Shown here: positions 27,003 to 35,674 of the stretch, one piece after another
Position numbering within the stretch: the first letter of the stretch is position 1
How the letters are laid out: each line of letters begins with the position of its first letter
Source: an uncultured Bacilli bacterium
GTDB lineage: Bacteria; Bacillota_I; Bacilli_A; RF39; UBA660
Assembly: GCA_934130105.1 (NCBI GenBank)
Contig: CAKOXL010000004.1
Location: 1-63,681, forward strand
Reading direction: 5' to 3'
Length of the DNA: 63,681 nt
Translations under genes and position numbers: made by a program
Notes under the pieces: generated by a model
The model's input: only the letters and a program-made list of their open reading frames with translations
The model's database searches: none
Told to the model about the DNA's origin: nothing

Positions 27003-30000
27003 TTAATTCCAATGTATAGATGATGTTCCAATTCGAAAACAACCACCGTCAAATAAATCTTCAAATTTAATATAATATTTATTTCCCCATGAACTTATGA
27101 TAAATCCATAATCAGCTATACCTGTTATAGTAACAGAATGTCCTACTATACTTGGAGTTTCATTTCCCCTATCTTCATGCCAATCATTTGTAGAAATAGA
27201 ACGATAACTTTGAGGATCATAGGAATATGCAACTATTTGGTGAGTTGAATCTATTAATTTATAATAACCCATATCAAGTGCAATTTCATCATCATTTAAT
27301 ACCTTAGTCAATAAAGCTATTATTTGTTTTTGCTCTTCAATTGGATATTTAGTTGTATCAAAATTATCAATAAAGAAACTAGATTCATAACTCAACTTTT
27401 GATCTTTACTCTTTAAGAATTTATTTATTGTATCATCATCTCTTCCTTCACTTCCTGACATATATTTTTGTTTTTTTGCTTTCAATGTATCTCTTCCATA
27501 TATATCAATAGTTTCTGGACTAAAATATTCTTTATTTAATTCATACCCTCCATTAATATTTTTCTTTATAAAATGTCCACCATTTTCTTCACTATTTGCA
27601 AACACATATAAGTCTAATAATAATTCAGAAGAATTGAATTGTCCATTTTGTTTATACATATCATAACCAAATATTTTTTTAAAATAACCTTCCCTGTTCC
27701 TAAATAAATAATATATATTATTACATACACTTGCATATGAACAAGCACCAGCTGCATTTACAGTATCCATTATTACAGCAGAATCGTTAGATGTAAATCC
27801 CATGTTTATAAGCTTATTTTTTAAATAAGTATACTCTTGGGTACTTATTCTTTTAAAATGAGGAATAACTTCTCCATTTTGCTTTGCTTCTTTAATCATA
27901 CTTATAGCTGTACTATAATTATATTTTTTACCGTTTAATTCATAAACAGATAATTTTTCAATAGCCGCCTGGTCTACTCCGTAATCACCTTCTATATGAT
28001 CATTAAAGAAATTATATGTTTCAAGCCTTTTATCAGTAAAATCCAAATCTAGTAAATATTCTTGTATATACTCAGTTGGTATATCGGATATTTTTTGTTT
28101 TACATCATCAACTGCTATTTTATTAATATCATCAGTGCTAAAATACTCTTTTAATTGTTTAATTCCAACATTTTTTCCGAGTCTTTGGTCAATAAGATTA
28201 ACCAACGAATCTATGTCGCCATAGTAATTTCTGACATCGTTTGCATCTGAGTTAAATTCATGTTCGAATAATTTTAATTCTCTATGAATTTGTAGCATTT
28301 CTAAATCTTGAATGGTATAGGATGGATTCTGATTATTTTTCATTTTTGTTATAAAATCTTGATATTCTTTTGTTTTTGAAATTTCTAATAAATCATTATA
28401 CCTTTCCATTTTTTCTTGAACTGTATTTATTTTTTCTTTTTTTGCATTTGTAATATTTAATTTAGATCCAATAGCATCAAAAAAGTTATATTTATATCCG
28501 GCAATACCATTTTCACTTTTTGTTTTAAATCCCGATAAAGTTAGTTCATTTAAATCATGCGTACTAACTTCAATAATACCCGTATTCTCATGGTATGCAA
28601 AATATTTATATGTACCATCTTCTTGTTTAATTGAAGTAATATTTATTAATTCTACTTTTCCATTTGATTTTAATCTATATAAATCGGTTCCACTTATAAT
28701 ATCTGATTCTGTTGCAGATAAACTTTTAACAAGAGACAATATATAAGATTTTGCTTCTACATATCCTAATTTTGATAAATCAGCTACTTCATTTAGTTTT
28801 AATAATTTACTCTCAACTAAATTAGATAAATTATCACTGGAAACATCAGTATTTGCTATGTTAGAGCGAACTGTATCTAAAACATTATTATAACTTTTTT
28901 TAATATAGTTTAAACCTTTATCAATTTCTAAAAGTTCATTATAAAACGATTTTTGATCATCAAGATTTGCATTAAAAAATGGATATTTACCTGATTGTGC
29001 ATCTTCCAAAGTGGTAAATTTACTAATAGGATAAAACATATCTGTTTGTTCACCTTGTGATATTTTTGCTAAATCATTTAAATAAGAATTGTTTTTAGTT
29101 GCATCAGCTAGAAAATATTTCCCATCAACTTCAAATTCAACCCACGCATGATTTGCTGATTTTATTTCAGAATTAATTCCAACACTTAAAAGTAATTCAT
29201 TATAAATTTTAGACCAACTTTTGCATATAATCTTACCATTTAAAATAGAATTATCATTAATGTCTTTACTATCAGTTAATATTTTAAATCCAATATTTTC
29301 ATTCGGATTACTATTTAAATTTTCATCAAATCCTACTCTTTTAGATAATTCTAAATATAAAAATCTTGCTTTTTCAAAATCAGTTAAACCACTAGGAATT
29401 GACTCTATTATATTTTGTTTTAAATCTCCGACGGTTGTAATATTATCATTTTCATTTACTTTTTTAATCAAATCTGTATATTTTAAATTACGTAATTTTT
29501 GACTATTAATGTTTACGATATTCTTTATATTATCTTTAATACTAGTTAACTCTGATAAAATAGATGTTTTTATATTTAAGAATTTATTTTTTACATTAAG
29601 TACAAAATTTTTCAATCCAAGGTACTTAGGATTAATGTTTAAGTTTTTTGCTATATTTGATACTTTGCCGTTTATTGAATCATACATTGTCATTATTTCA
29701 TGATCTAGTAATGCCATTTCATTTTTAATTTTTAAAAATTCTGTTTCACTATCATATATTTCTATTGTGTTTTCTGAATTCAATTTTTCAATGAATGCTT
29801 TATATTCTGGGGTATTAGTTTTATCAACTAATTCTTTATATCTATCCATCTTTTCTTGTAATATTTTTTCTAAATCAATATTTGAATTTGATACTTGCTG
29901 TTTACCAGAATCAGTTATACTATTACTATTAAGTTTATCATTTATACTATTTATTTCATCACTAAGCAATGCTCTATATTCTGGTGTATCAAGTTCTTTT

Positions 30001-32753
30001 GGTAAATTGTTAAACAAATCAATTTTTTCTTGTAATATCTTTTCTAAATCGATATCTGAATTAGATATTTTTTGTTTACCAGAATCAGTTATACTATTAC
30101 TATTAAGTTTATCATTTATACTATTTATTTCATCACTAAGCAATCCTATTTCATTTTTAATCTTTAAAAATTCTGTTTCACTATCATATATTTCTATTGT
30201 GTTTTCTGAATTCAATTTTTCAATGAATGCTTTATATTCTGGGGTATTAGTTTTATCAACTAATTCTTTATACCTAGCCATTTTTTCTTGTAATATTTTT
30301 TCTAAATCAATATTTGAATCAACACTGTTAAAATCTTGTTCTTTTATTTTGATACCTGACTCATCCATTTTAGTTACATCAGAAATTAATTCGTCCATCT
30401 TATTTCCTATTACATTGGCCTTTTTATTCATAGCATCAAAATCAGTTAAATTATTATTAGATATAAAATCATTAAATGCATTTTCTAAATTATCATTATA
30501 ATCTTTTAAATTTATAGTATCTTTATTTACTGCACTTGCAAATTCAACTAATGTTCCCAGTTTAATACCTTTTTGTTTAAATTTAACTGCCGTTCCTGCT
30601 AAGGTGGCGGTAAAAGAAGCACCATTCATTAGCCCCGCTGTAACTGAACCTAATACACCACTATATAATGCTTCTTTGCTAGTTTCTGCTAAATCAATTT
30701 CATCACCAAAAAAAACATAATTAGAAAAAGCCTCAACATATGTTTGTGAAAATTCTTCAAGCCCTTCAGATACAATATGTCCAATTGCATTACCAGCACT
30801 TTTAGCAACAAGCTTTCCACACTGACTAATTGCCAATTTTGTTGCAATTGACTCACCTATATTTTCTGTTGCTCTACTTAAAATAGCTGATATACCAGTA
30901 CTTGATGCAATATGTTTAATACCACCCATAAAAACTTCTAAAGCAAAATCTGAAGTAGCTACTACCGTAGCATTGGCAATAGATGCTTTATAATCGTTTC
31001 CTGCAACTAAACTTTGGTTAGCTGTATTTCCAAATGAGCTAATAAGCATAGTTGCTTTTACACCAGCTTGAATTAAACTAGATGATCCGCCTGTCAAACA
31101 GCTAAGTATTACGGTAGGTGCCATATTACCAGTAGCTTGACCTACTTGATAATCGAAAGTTAAACCGCTTTTATTAGCTAAATAACTTCCTATATACATT
31201 TGAGTATATTGATTATCTGTTATTATTGGATTATCTTTATCCATTATAACTCTATAAGTGTTTTCAAATCCTTCTAAAAAGGATTCAACACCATCACCAA
31301 ATCCCTGTTTAAAGGTTGTTGCATATTTTGAAAAACCATCTTTAAAACTTATATCTAATGCATAACTACAACTGTTTAAGCTTCGTTCTATATCCGTTAT
31401 ATAATTGTCTGCTACTTCTTTACCATAAACTTTTTTTAAATTGCTGTAAGTATTGATTATAGAAATAACTGAATTTGATGAATCAGTTACCAAATATTTT
31501 TCATCTATAATATTATAAGCATTATATGCATCAATTAAATATTTATTTATTTCATTTAAAATTTCTAAATCTTCACTAGAAAACTTTTCGGTAATAGATG
31601 CTATTTTATTATTTTCATCTATATTAGATTCACTATATTCTTTAATAAAATCAGAAAAGGCATTTTGATCGGTTATTTTTGCCATATATGCATCTGCTTC
31701 TGCCTTACCTTTATTTTGATTTATCTGATCTTCATATGCCTTTAGCATATCTTTTACAGCTTTTTTACCTTGCGTTTTTGCTAAATACATAGCAAGGTAT
31801 TTCTCTTCATCCGATAAATATTGATAACTAGAAGCAATATCAGCATAACCACTTTTAAAGTATTTATAAAATTCTGTAACATCTGGTATTTTTTCACTTT
31901 CTTGATACTGATTAACAAATTCCAAGAAATCGCTACTTTGCATCATTTCCAAATATGGTTCTTGTTTTATTTCTTGCTTTGCAGCATATATTAATGCTTT
32001 ATTTGTAGCTATTTCTGTTTCATAATAATTCAATTCTATTAAATATTGCTTTAAATCAACATTTGTTTTATTTTTTTCTTTTGTCAATAGTTCACTAAAC
32101 CATTCGGGATTATCTTTTAAATAAGAAAATATCTCATCGTTTCCGAATATCCAATAGCCATCATTTGTATTATTAGGATCATTTTTAAATATTATAGCAG
32201 TAAGTTCATCATAATTATCTTCTATAAATTGATCCATACTGGATTGATATTTTTCTTCTAAAGCTGCTTTTGCTTCTATATATTGACTAATCAACGTTTC
32301 ACTTATATTTTTTTGCTCTTCGCCTGTTTTTTGCTCTTCATCTGTTTTTTGTTCAATATCATCCATTTGGCTGGCATTAAAGTTAGCAAACTGTTCAACA
32401 TTTAAGGTATCACTTTCTATGTTAAATAACTTGCTATCAATATAATTTCTTATATTATCATCATTGATATTACCTAATGATATATTTTTAGCAAGTACAT
32501 TTTCTATATTAATAGCTAATGCATAATAACTATCTAACCAGTCTATTATTTGTTTGTATGAATTATTAACATTTGAATATAGATCAGATAATTGTGATTC
32601 CATATTGCTTAAAAGAGATGAGTATGGATGATTTTTTAAATAACCATTAAGATAAGTTTGATATGTGCTATTAGAAAAGGTGGAATATTCATTTTTTAAC
32701 TGATTTAACTTGTCATTCAAGTTATTAAAGTCAACTTTATATATAACGCTCAA
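27003..32753 (-). CDS. Giant (1916 aa) LXG-like T7SS effector candidate with a Gly-rich hydrophobic region, tandem repeats, a transglutaminase-like Cys-protease core and a C-terminal papain-like domain
   Basis: TTG start with a GGAAAGGG RBS. Helical N-terminus with L35-N-G37. GKIICKSW...NHAWVEFEVDGKYFLADAT (Cys-His-Asp core). GACSYAS ... VGHSVTITG..SSWG (papain-like Cys/His). Confidence 0.65.
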   Translation of the reverse strand: MSVIYKVDFNNLNDKLNQLKNEYSTFSNSTYQTYLNGYLKNHPYSSLLSNMESQLSDLYSNVNNSYKQIIDWLDSYYALAINIENVLAKNISLGNINDDNIRNYIDSKLFNIESDTLNVEQFANFNASQMDDIEQKTDEEQKTGEEQKNISETLISQYIEAKAALEEKYQSSMDQFIEDNYDELTAIIFKNDPNNTNDGYWIFGNDEIFSYLKDNPEWFSELLTKEKNKTNVDLKQYLIELNYYETEIATNKALIYAAKQEIKQEPYLEMMQSSDFLEFVNQYQESEKIPDVTEFYKYFKSGYADIASSYQYLSDEEKYLAMYLAKTQGKKAVKDMLKAYEDQINQNKGKAEADAYMAKITDQNAFSDFIKEYSESNIDENNKIASITEKFSSEDLEILNEINKYLIDAYNAYNIIDEKYLVTDSSNSVISIINTYSNLKKVYGKEVADNYITDIERSLNSCSYALDISFKDGFSKYATTFKQGFGDGVESFLEGFENTYRVIMDKDNPIITDNQYTQMYIGSYLANKSGLTFDYQVGQATGNMAPTVILSCLTGGSSSLIQAGVKATMLISSFGNTANQSLVAGNDYKASIANATVVATSDFALEVFMGGIKHIASSTGISAILSRATENIGESIATKLAISQCGKLVAKSAGNAIGHIVSEGLEEFSQTYVEAFSNYVFFGDEIDLAETSKEALYSGVLGSVTAGLMNGASFTATLAGTAVKFKQKGIKLGTLVEFASAVNKDTINLKDYNDNLENAFNDFISNNNLTDFDAMNKKANVIGNKMDELISDVTKMDESGIKIKEQDFNSVDSNIDLEKILQEKMARYKELVDKTNTPEYKAFIEKLNSENTIEIYDSETEFLKIKNEIGLLSDEINSINDKLNSNSITDSGKQKISNSDIDLEKILQEKIDLFNNLPKELDTPEYRALLSDEINSINDKLNSNSITDSGKQQVSNSNIDLEKILQEKMDRYKELVDKTNTPEYKAFIEKLNSENTIEIYDSETEFLKIKNEMALLDHEIMTMYDSINGKVSNIAKNLNINPKYLGLKNFVLNVKNKFLNIKTSILSELTSIKDNIKNIVNINSQKLRNLKYTDLIKKVNENDNITTVGDLKQNIIESIPSGLTDFEKARFLYLELSKRVGFDENLNSNPNENIGFKILTDSKDINDNSILNGKIICKSWSKIYNELLLSVGINSEIKSANHAWVEFEVDGKYFLADATKNNSYLNDLAKISQGEQTDMFYPISKFTTLEDAQSGKYPFFNANLDDQKSFYNELLEIDKGLNYIKKSYNNVLDTVRSNIANTDVSSDNLSNLVESKLLKLNEVADLSKLGYVEAKSYILSLVKSLSATESDIISGTDLYRLKSNGKVELINITSIKQEDGTYKYFAYHENTGIIEVSTHDLNELTLSGFKTKSENGIAGYKYNFFDAIGSKLNITNAKKEKINTVQEKMERYNDLLEISKTKEYQDFITKMKNNQNPSYTIQDLEMLQIHRELKLFEHEFNSDANDVRNYYGDIDSLVNLIDQRLGKNVGIKQLKEYFSTDDINKIAVDDVKQKISDIPTEYIQEYLLDLDFTDKRLETYNFFNDHIEGDYGVDQAAIEKLSVYELNGKKYNYSTAISMIKEAKQNGEVIPHFKRISTQEYTYLKNKLINMGFTSNDSAVIMDTVNAAGACSYASVCNNIYYLFRNREGYFKKIFGYDMYKQNGQFNSSELLLDLYVFANSEENGGHFIKKNINGGYELNKEYFSPETIDIYGRDTLKAKKQKYMSGSEGRDDDTINKFLKSKDQKLSYESSFFIDNFDTTKYPIEEQKQIIALLTKVLNDDEIALDMGYYKLIDSTHQIVAYSYDPQSYRSISTNDWHEDRGNETPSIVGHSVTITGIADYGFIISSWGNKYYIKFEDLFDGGCFRIGTSSIHWN
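29717..30319. repeat. Intragenic near-identical DNA repeats: two about 172-bp copies (29717-29888 and 30148-30319) bracketing two identical 70-bp copies (29901-29970 and 30075-30144)
   Basis: Read directly from the sequence. They encode the repeated modules DLEKILQEK..TPEYKAFIEKLNSENTIEIYDSETEFLKIKNE and SDEINSINDKLNSNSITDSGKQ. Confidence 0.9.
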
Positions 32754-32775
32754 AACACTTCAACCCTTTCCTACT

Positions 32776-33282
32776 TTAAACAAAATTTATAATATTTCTT
32801 TCAATTTCTTCCATAGCCATTTTATTATTTTGTATTTCATTTTCTTTTGCATTTATTTTATTTTGTACATCATTATTTATTTTGGTTACTGTTCTACTTT
32901 TTTTAACTACTTTATTTATTGGTTCATCAAATGTTCCAACATTTTCCCAATCTTCATATTCTTCGGTAACTTCGTAATACAATTGTTTTTTTAATTCTAT
33001 TATTTCTTTAGTTAAGTTTTCATTATCTATACTATATTGTTGATAAGATTCTATTTTAGGTATTAATGTATATTTATAATCATTTAGTTTTGATTCTAAT
33101 TGTTCATAAATTTTTGTGAATTCTTCTAAACCATTTTTTATATTTTTTTTGCAATCATTTATCCAAAGGGATGAAGCCATAATCGAACTTGCTAGTTCTT
33201 TACTTGAACTTCTATTTATTTTGTTAAGGCAATCATTAATAGCTGTTTTTAAATATTCAACATTTATACTATTTAAATTCAT
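32776..33282 (-). CDS. Helical 168-aa protein, candidate LXG-effector partner or targeting factor
   Basis: All-helical, coiled-coil-like, lacks a WxG motif, and lies immediately upstream of the effector. Confidence 0.45.
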   Translation of the reverse strand: MNLNSINVEYLKTAINDCLNKINRSSSKELASSIMASSLWINDCKKNIKNGLEEFTKIYEQLESKLNDYKYTLIPKIESYQQYSIDNENLTKEIIELKKQLYYEVTEEYEDWENVGTFDEPINKVVKKSRTVTKINNDVQNKINAKENEIQNNKMAMEEIERNIINFV

Positions 33283-33284
33283 AT

Positions 33285-33605
33285 TTAATCAATCCTAGAC
33301 ACTTTGTAAAATATATTTGAAAACTTATCTTTAACTACTTTTTCTGTTTCTTGATAATGATTGTATGCATTTTGCATCTTTGAAGTTATATTTAAAATTT
33401 GATTATTTATTTCATCTATTTGGTTATGCATTTGATTTATATCTTTTGTATAGTTATCAGATACTATTCCACTCCATGCCGAATCTTTTTGTAATGATGT
33501 TCCAAATTGAACATAATTGTTCAAATTTTCATTCATTTCTTTATTTAGACTTTTTAGGTTATCTATACATGAATTGAGTTTTTGATAATCAACATTTAGT
33601 GCCAT
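33285..33605 (-). CDS. WXG100-like small helical protein (W-S-G)
   Basis: 106 aa with a central DSAWSG and a C-terminal YQETE (YxxxE). Confidence 0.55.
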   Translation of the reverse strand: MALNVDYQKLNSCIDNLKSLNKEMNENLNNYVQFGTSLQKDSAWSGIVSDNYTKDINQMHNQIDEINNQILNITSKMQNAYNHYQETEKVVKDKFSNIFYKVSRID

Positions 33606-33613
33606 AAGACCTC

Positions 33614-33907
33614 CTATATATTAATTTTTTTACTAGTATATATTTCATCTAATAAATCATATAAACCTGGAATATTTTTTAAATATATTTGATATTTTAA
33701 CATTTCAGAATATAGTGTATTTATGTTTTCGTTATAAAGTTTTTGCATATCATTTAGGCAATCATTGGCATCACTATTACCATTCCAAGCTTCTGCTATA
33801 TCATTAGCTATATCTAAAAAATGTGATATTTGATTTTTGAATTTTTCTACACACTCTAACATATTATTAGATGTATTTTTTATATCATCTTTATCAACAT
33901 TAACCAT
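33614..33907 (-). CDS. WXG100-like small helical protein (W-N-G)
   Basis: GAAGG RBS then ATG at 33907. Central EAWNG and C-terminal YDLLD (YxxxD). Confidence 0.55.
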   Translation of the reverse strand: MVNVDKDDIKNTSNNMLECVEKFKNQISHFLDIANDIAEAWNGNSDANDCLNDMQKLYNENINTLYSEMLKYQIYLKNIPGLYDLLDEIYTSKKINI

Positions 33908-33977
33908 ACTAAACCTTCTCTCACAAATAGATGGTATAAAACCATCCATTTGTCAAAGACTCTATTTCTAGAGACTT

Positions 33978-34274
33978 TTATTGGTTAAACACTTGATTAA
34001 CTTCTTGATCAACATTTCTATAATTAGAAACTGCTGTATTTATACTTTTTACATCGCCTTCAATTATAGAAACTACATCCAACAATCCTGTATATAATTG
34101 ATTAAGAGATTGTCTAGCTGTCTCTGCAGCATCTCCTCCCCAATCTTCACCATCCATTCCAATTTTTGAAAATAGATTTCTATTCATATCTTCTGTAATA
34201 TCTTTAATTTCTGTATTTAAACCATTCAATTTAGCAGCACATTCTTCTAGTTTAACATAATCTGTATCAATCAT
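33978..34274 (-). CDS. WXG100 family protein (W-G-G)
   Basis: 98 aa with a central GEDWGGDAA and C-terminal YRNVD (YxxxD). Confidence 0.8.
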   Translation of the reverse strand: MIDTDYVKLEECAAKLNGLNTEIKDITEDMNRNLFSKIGMDGEDWGGDAAETARQSLNQLYTGLLDVVSIIEGDVKSINTAVSNYRNVDQEVNQVFNQ

Positions 34275-34288
34275 ATTTTTCTCCTTTC

Positions 34289-34579
34289 TTATGCGACATA
34301 AGTACTATTTGCATTTTGAGCTTCCTCATAATCCTGTACAGCACTTTTCAATACATTACCTATTAATATTGCAGTTTGAAATAGGTTTTCGATTTCGTTG
34401 CATTGTTGTGTTAGTCTTTCAGAATAATTAGTTGCATCTTTTCCTGCCCAAGCTTCTTGGATTTCAGTATTAACATTTTCAACTTTTTTTATTAAGTCAA
34501 CTAAAGATTCTGATTTAGAAATTATTTGTGTCCCGATATTTGTTGCATTGTCTGATACATGTATACTTTTTGAATCCAT
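34289..34579 (-). CDS. WXG100 family protein, EsxA/YukE-like (W-A-G)
   Basis: 96 aa with a central EAWAGKDA and a helix-turn-helix hairpin layout. Confidence 0.8.
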   Translation of the reverse strand: MDSKSIHVSDNATNIGTQIISKSESLVDLIKKVENVNTEIQEAWAGKDATNYSERLTQQCNEIENLFQTAILIGNVLKSAVQDYEEAQNANSTYVA

Positions 34580-34591
34580 TATTCCACCTCC

Positions 34592-34843
34592 TTATATAAT
34601 TACAATTTTAGTTCCGTTTTGAATAGAAGAATCTTTAACCATAATACTATCATCAAAAATAATACCAGTTTCTTTATCAATAAATGTAACTTGTCCTTTT
34701 TGATCATATATACCATTTGATAATTGAACTAGTGATGATAAAACTGTTTTTTTTATCGTACCTATTTGTTTATTGATCGGAATATATGCGTCGAACTCCA
34801 TTTCTATACATGGAACTATAAAAGTAATCAAGTATTTATTCAT
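34592..34843 (-). CDS. esaB: EsaB/YukD ubiquitin-like T7SS protein
   Basis: 83 aa with a beta-grasp-like pattern ending in ...SSIQNGTKIVII. It is the first gene of the T7SS operon. Confidence 0.65.
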   Translation of the reverse strand: MNKYLITFIVPCIEMEFDAYIPINKQIGTIKKTVLSSLVQLSNGIYDQKGQVTFIDKETGIIFDDSIMVKDSSIQNGTKIVII

Positions 34844-34888
34844 TGTCCCCTCCTATTCTTAAAACTATAATAACACATTTTTCGACAA

Positions 34889-34939
34889 AGTTGTACTATT
34901 TTTACAATATTTTTATACTTTTTTCAAAATTGTTGTACT
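34889..34939. promoter_or_regulatory. Candidate operator sites in the divergent T7SS/regulator intergenic region
   Basis: GTTGTACTA occurs at 34889-34897 and 34931-39, 42 bp apart. The first lies within TTGTA-N7-TACAA dyad symmetry. Confidence 0.3.
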
Positions 34940-34994
34940 AATACTAATACATATTTTACTATTTTTTATTAGATAATATTAGTAAGGTGATGTT

Positions 34995-35393
34995 ATGGAC
35001 TTTAAAAAAGAAGACGAAAACTACATTTATGGTGTCATTGGTAAAAATGTTAAGAAATACAGAAAAAAGAAAAATTTAACACAAGAACAATTAGCTAATC
35101 AAATAGATTATTCACTTTCTTTTGTATCTGGCTTAGAAAGTAAAAAGCACCAAACATTTTCACTTGGTGCTTTATGGCGTATATCATTAATATTGGGTAT
35201 TGATATGTACAAATTGTGTATTGATGATAATAATCAACCTCCTAAGTTTGTAACCTATAAATGTGACAGTTGTAATTATACTACTGATATACCATATAGC
35301 TTGCTTAATGATTTAATAAGAGATGATAAATATCCTATTTTTGATTGTTGCAAATGTAATTCTGTAATAAGAAAGTATGATAGTAAAAAATAA
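34995..35393 (+). CDS. XRE-family HTH regulator with a C-terminal Cys4 zinc-ribbon-like tail
   Basis: LTQEQLANQIDYSLSFVSGLE HTH motif, plus CDSC...CCKC. Confidence 0.8.
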   Translation: MDFKKEDENYIYGVIGKNVKKYRKKKNLTQEQLANQIDYSLSFVSGLESKKHQTFSLGALWRISLILGIDMYKLCIDDNNQPPKFVTYKCDSCNYTTDIPYSLLNDLIRDDKYPIFDCCKCNSVIRKYDSKK

Positions 35394-35625
35394 ACAATTG
35401 TAAATTGAAATAAAAAATAAAAATTTTTATAAGTGTTTTTTAGTTAACGGATTATATCTTGTATTTTATAGAATATAATCCTTTTAATTTTGTTTTAATA
35501 ATATTATTAAATCTATCGCTGTATTAATTAGTTTTCTATCATCTTTTAAGTTATTTTTTGATTTAATATTTTTATATAAACAACATAATATCTTTATAAT
35601 TTATAAGTTAATTTTTACATATTAA

Positions 35626-35658
35626 AAATCCCGTTTATATATTTAATAAACGGGATTT
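35626..35658 (-). terminator. Intrinsic terminator downstream of the ThyX-like gene
   Basis: AAATCCCGTTTAT / ATAAACGGGATTT stem followed by TTTTTAAT on the minus strand. Confidence 0.6.
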
Positions 35659-35674
35659 ATATTATATTAATTAT

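Noticed and set aside
29700-30330. Possible CRISPR array or other noncoding tandem repeat
   Set aside because: The repeat units are 70 and about 172 bp long, lie in frame within a continuous 5.7-kb ORF, and lack a short-repeat/unique-spacer periodicity. No cas genes are present in the window.
29221-30501. Plus-strand ORFs (93, 64 and 244 aa) antisense to the giant effector gene
   Set aside because: These are low-complexity Ser/Leu/Phe-rich translations, typical of the antisense strand of AT-rich coding DNA. The repeats they contain simply mirror the sense-strand repeats.
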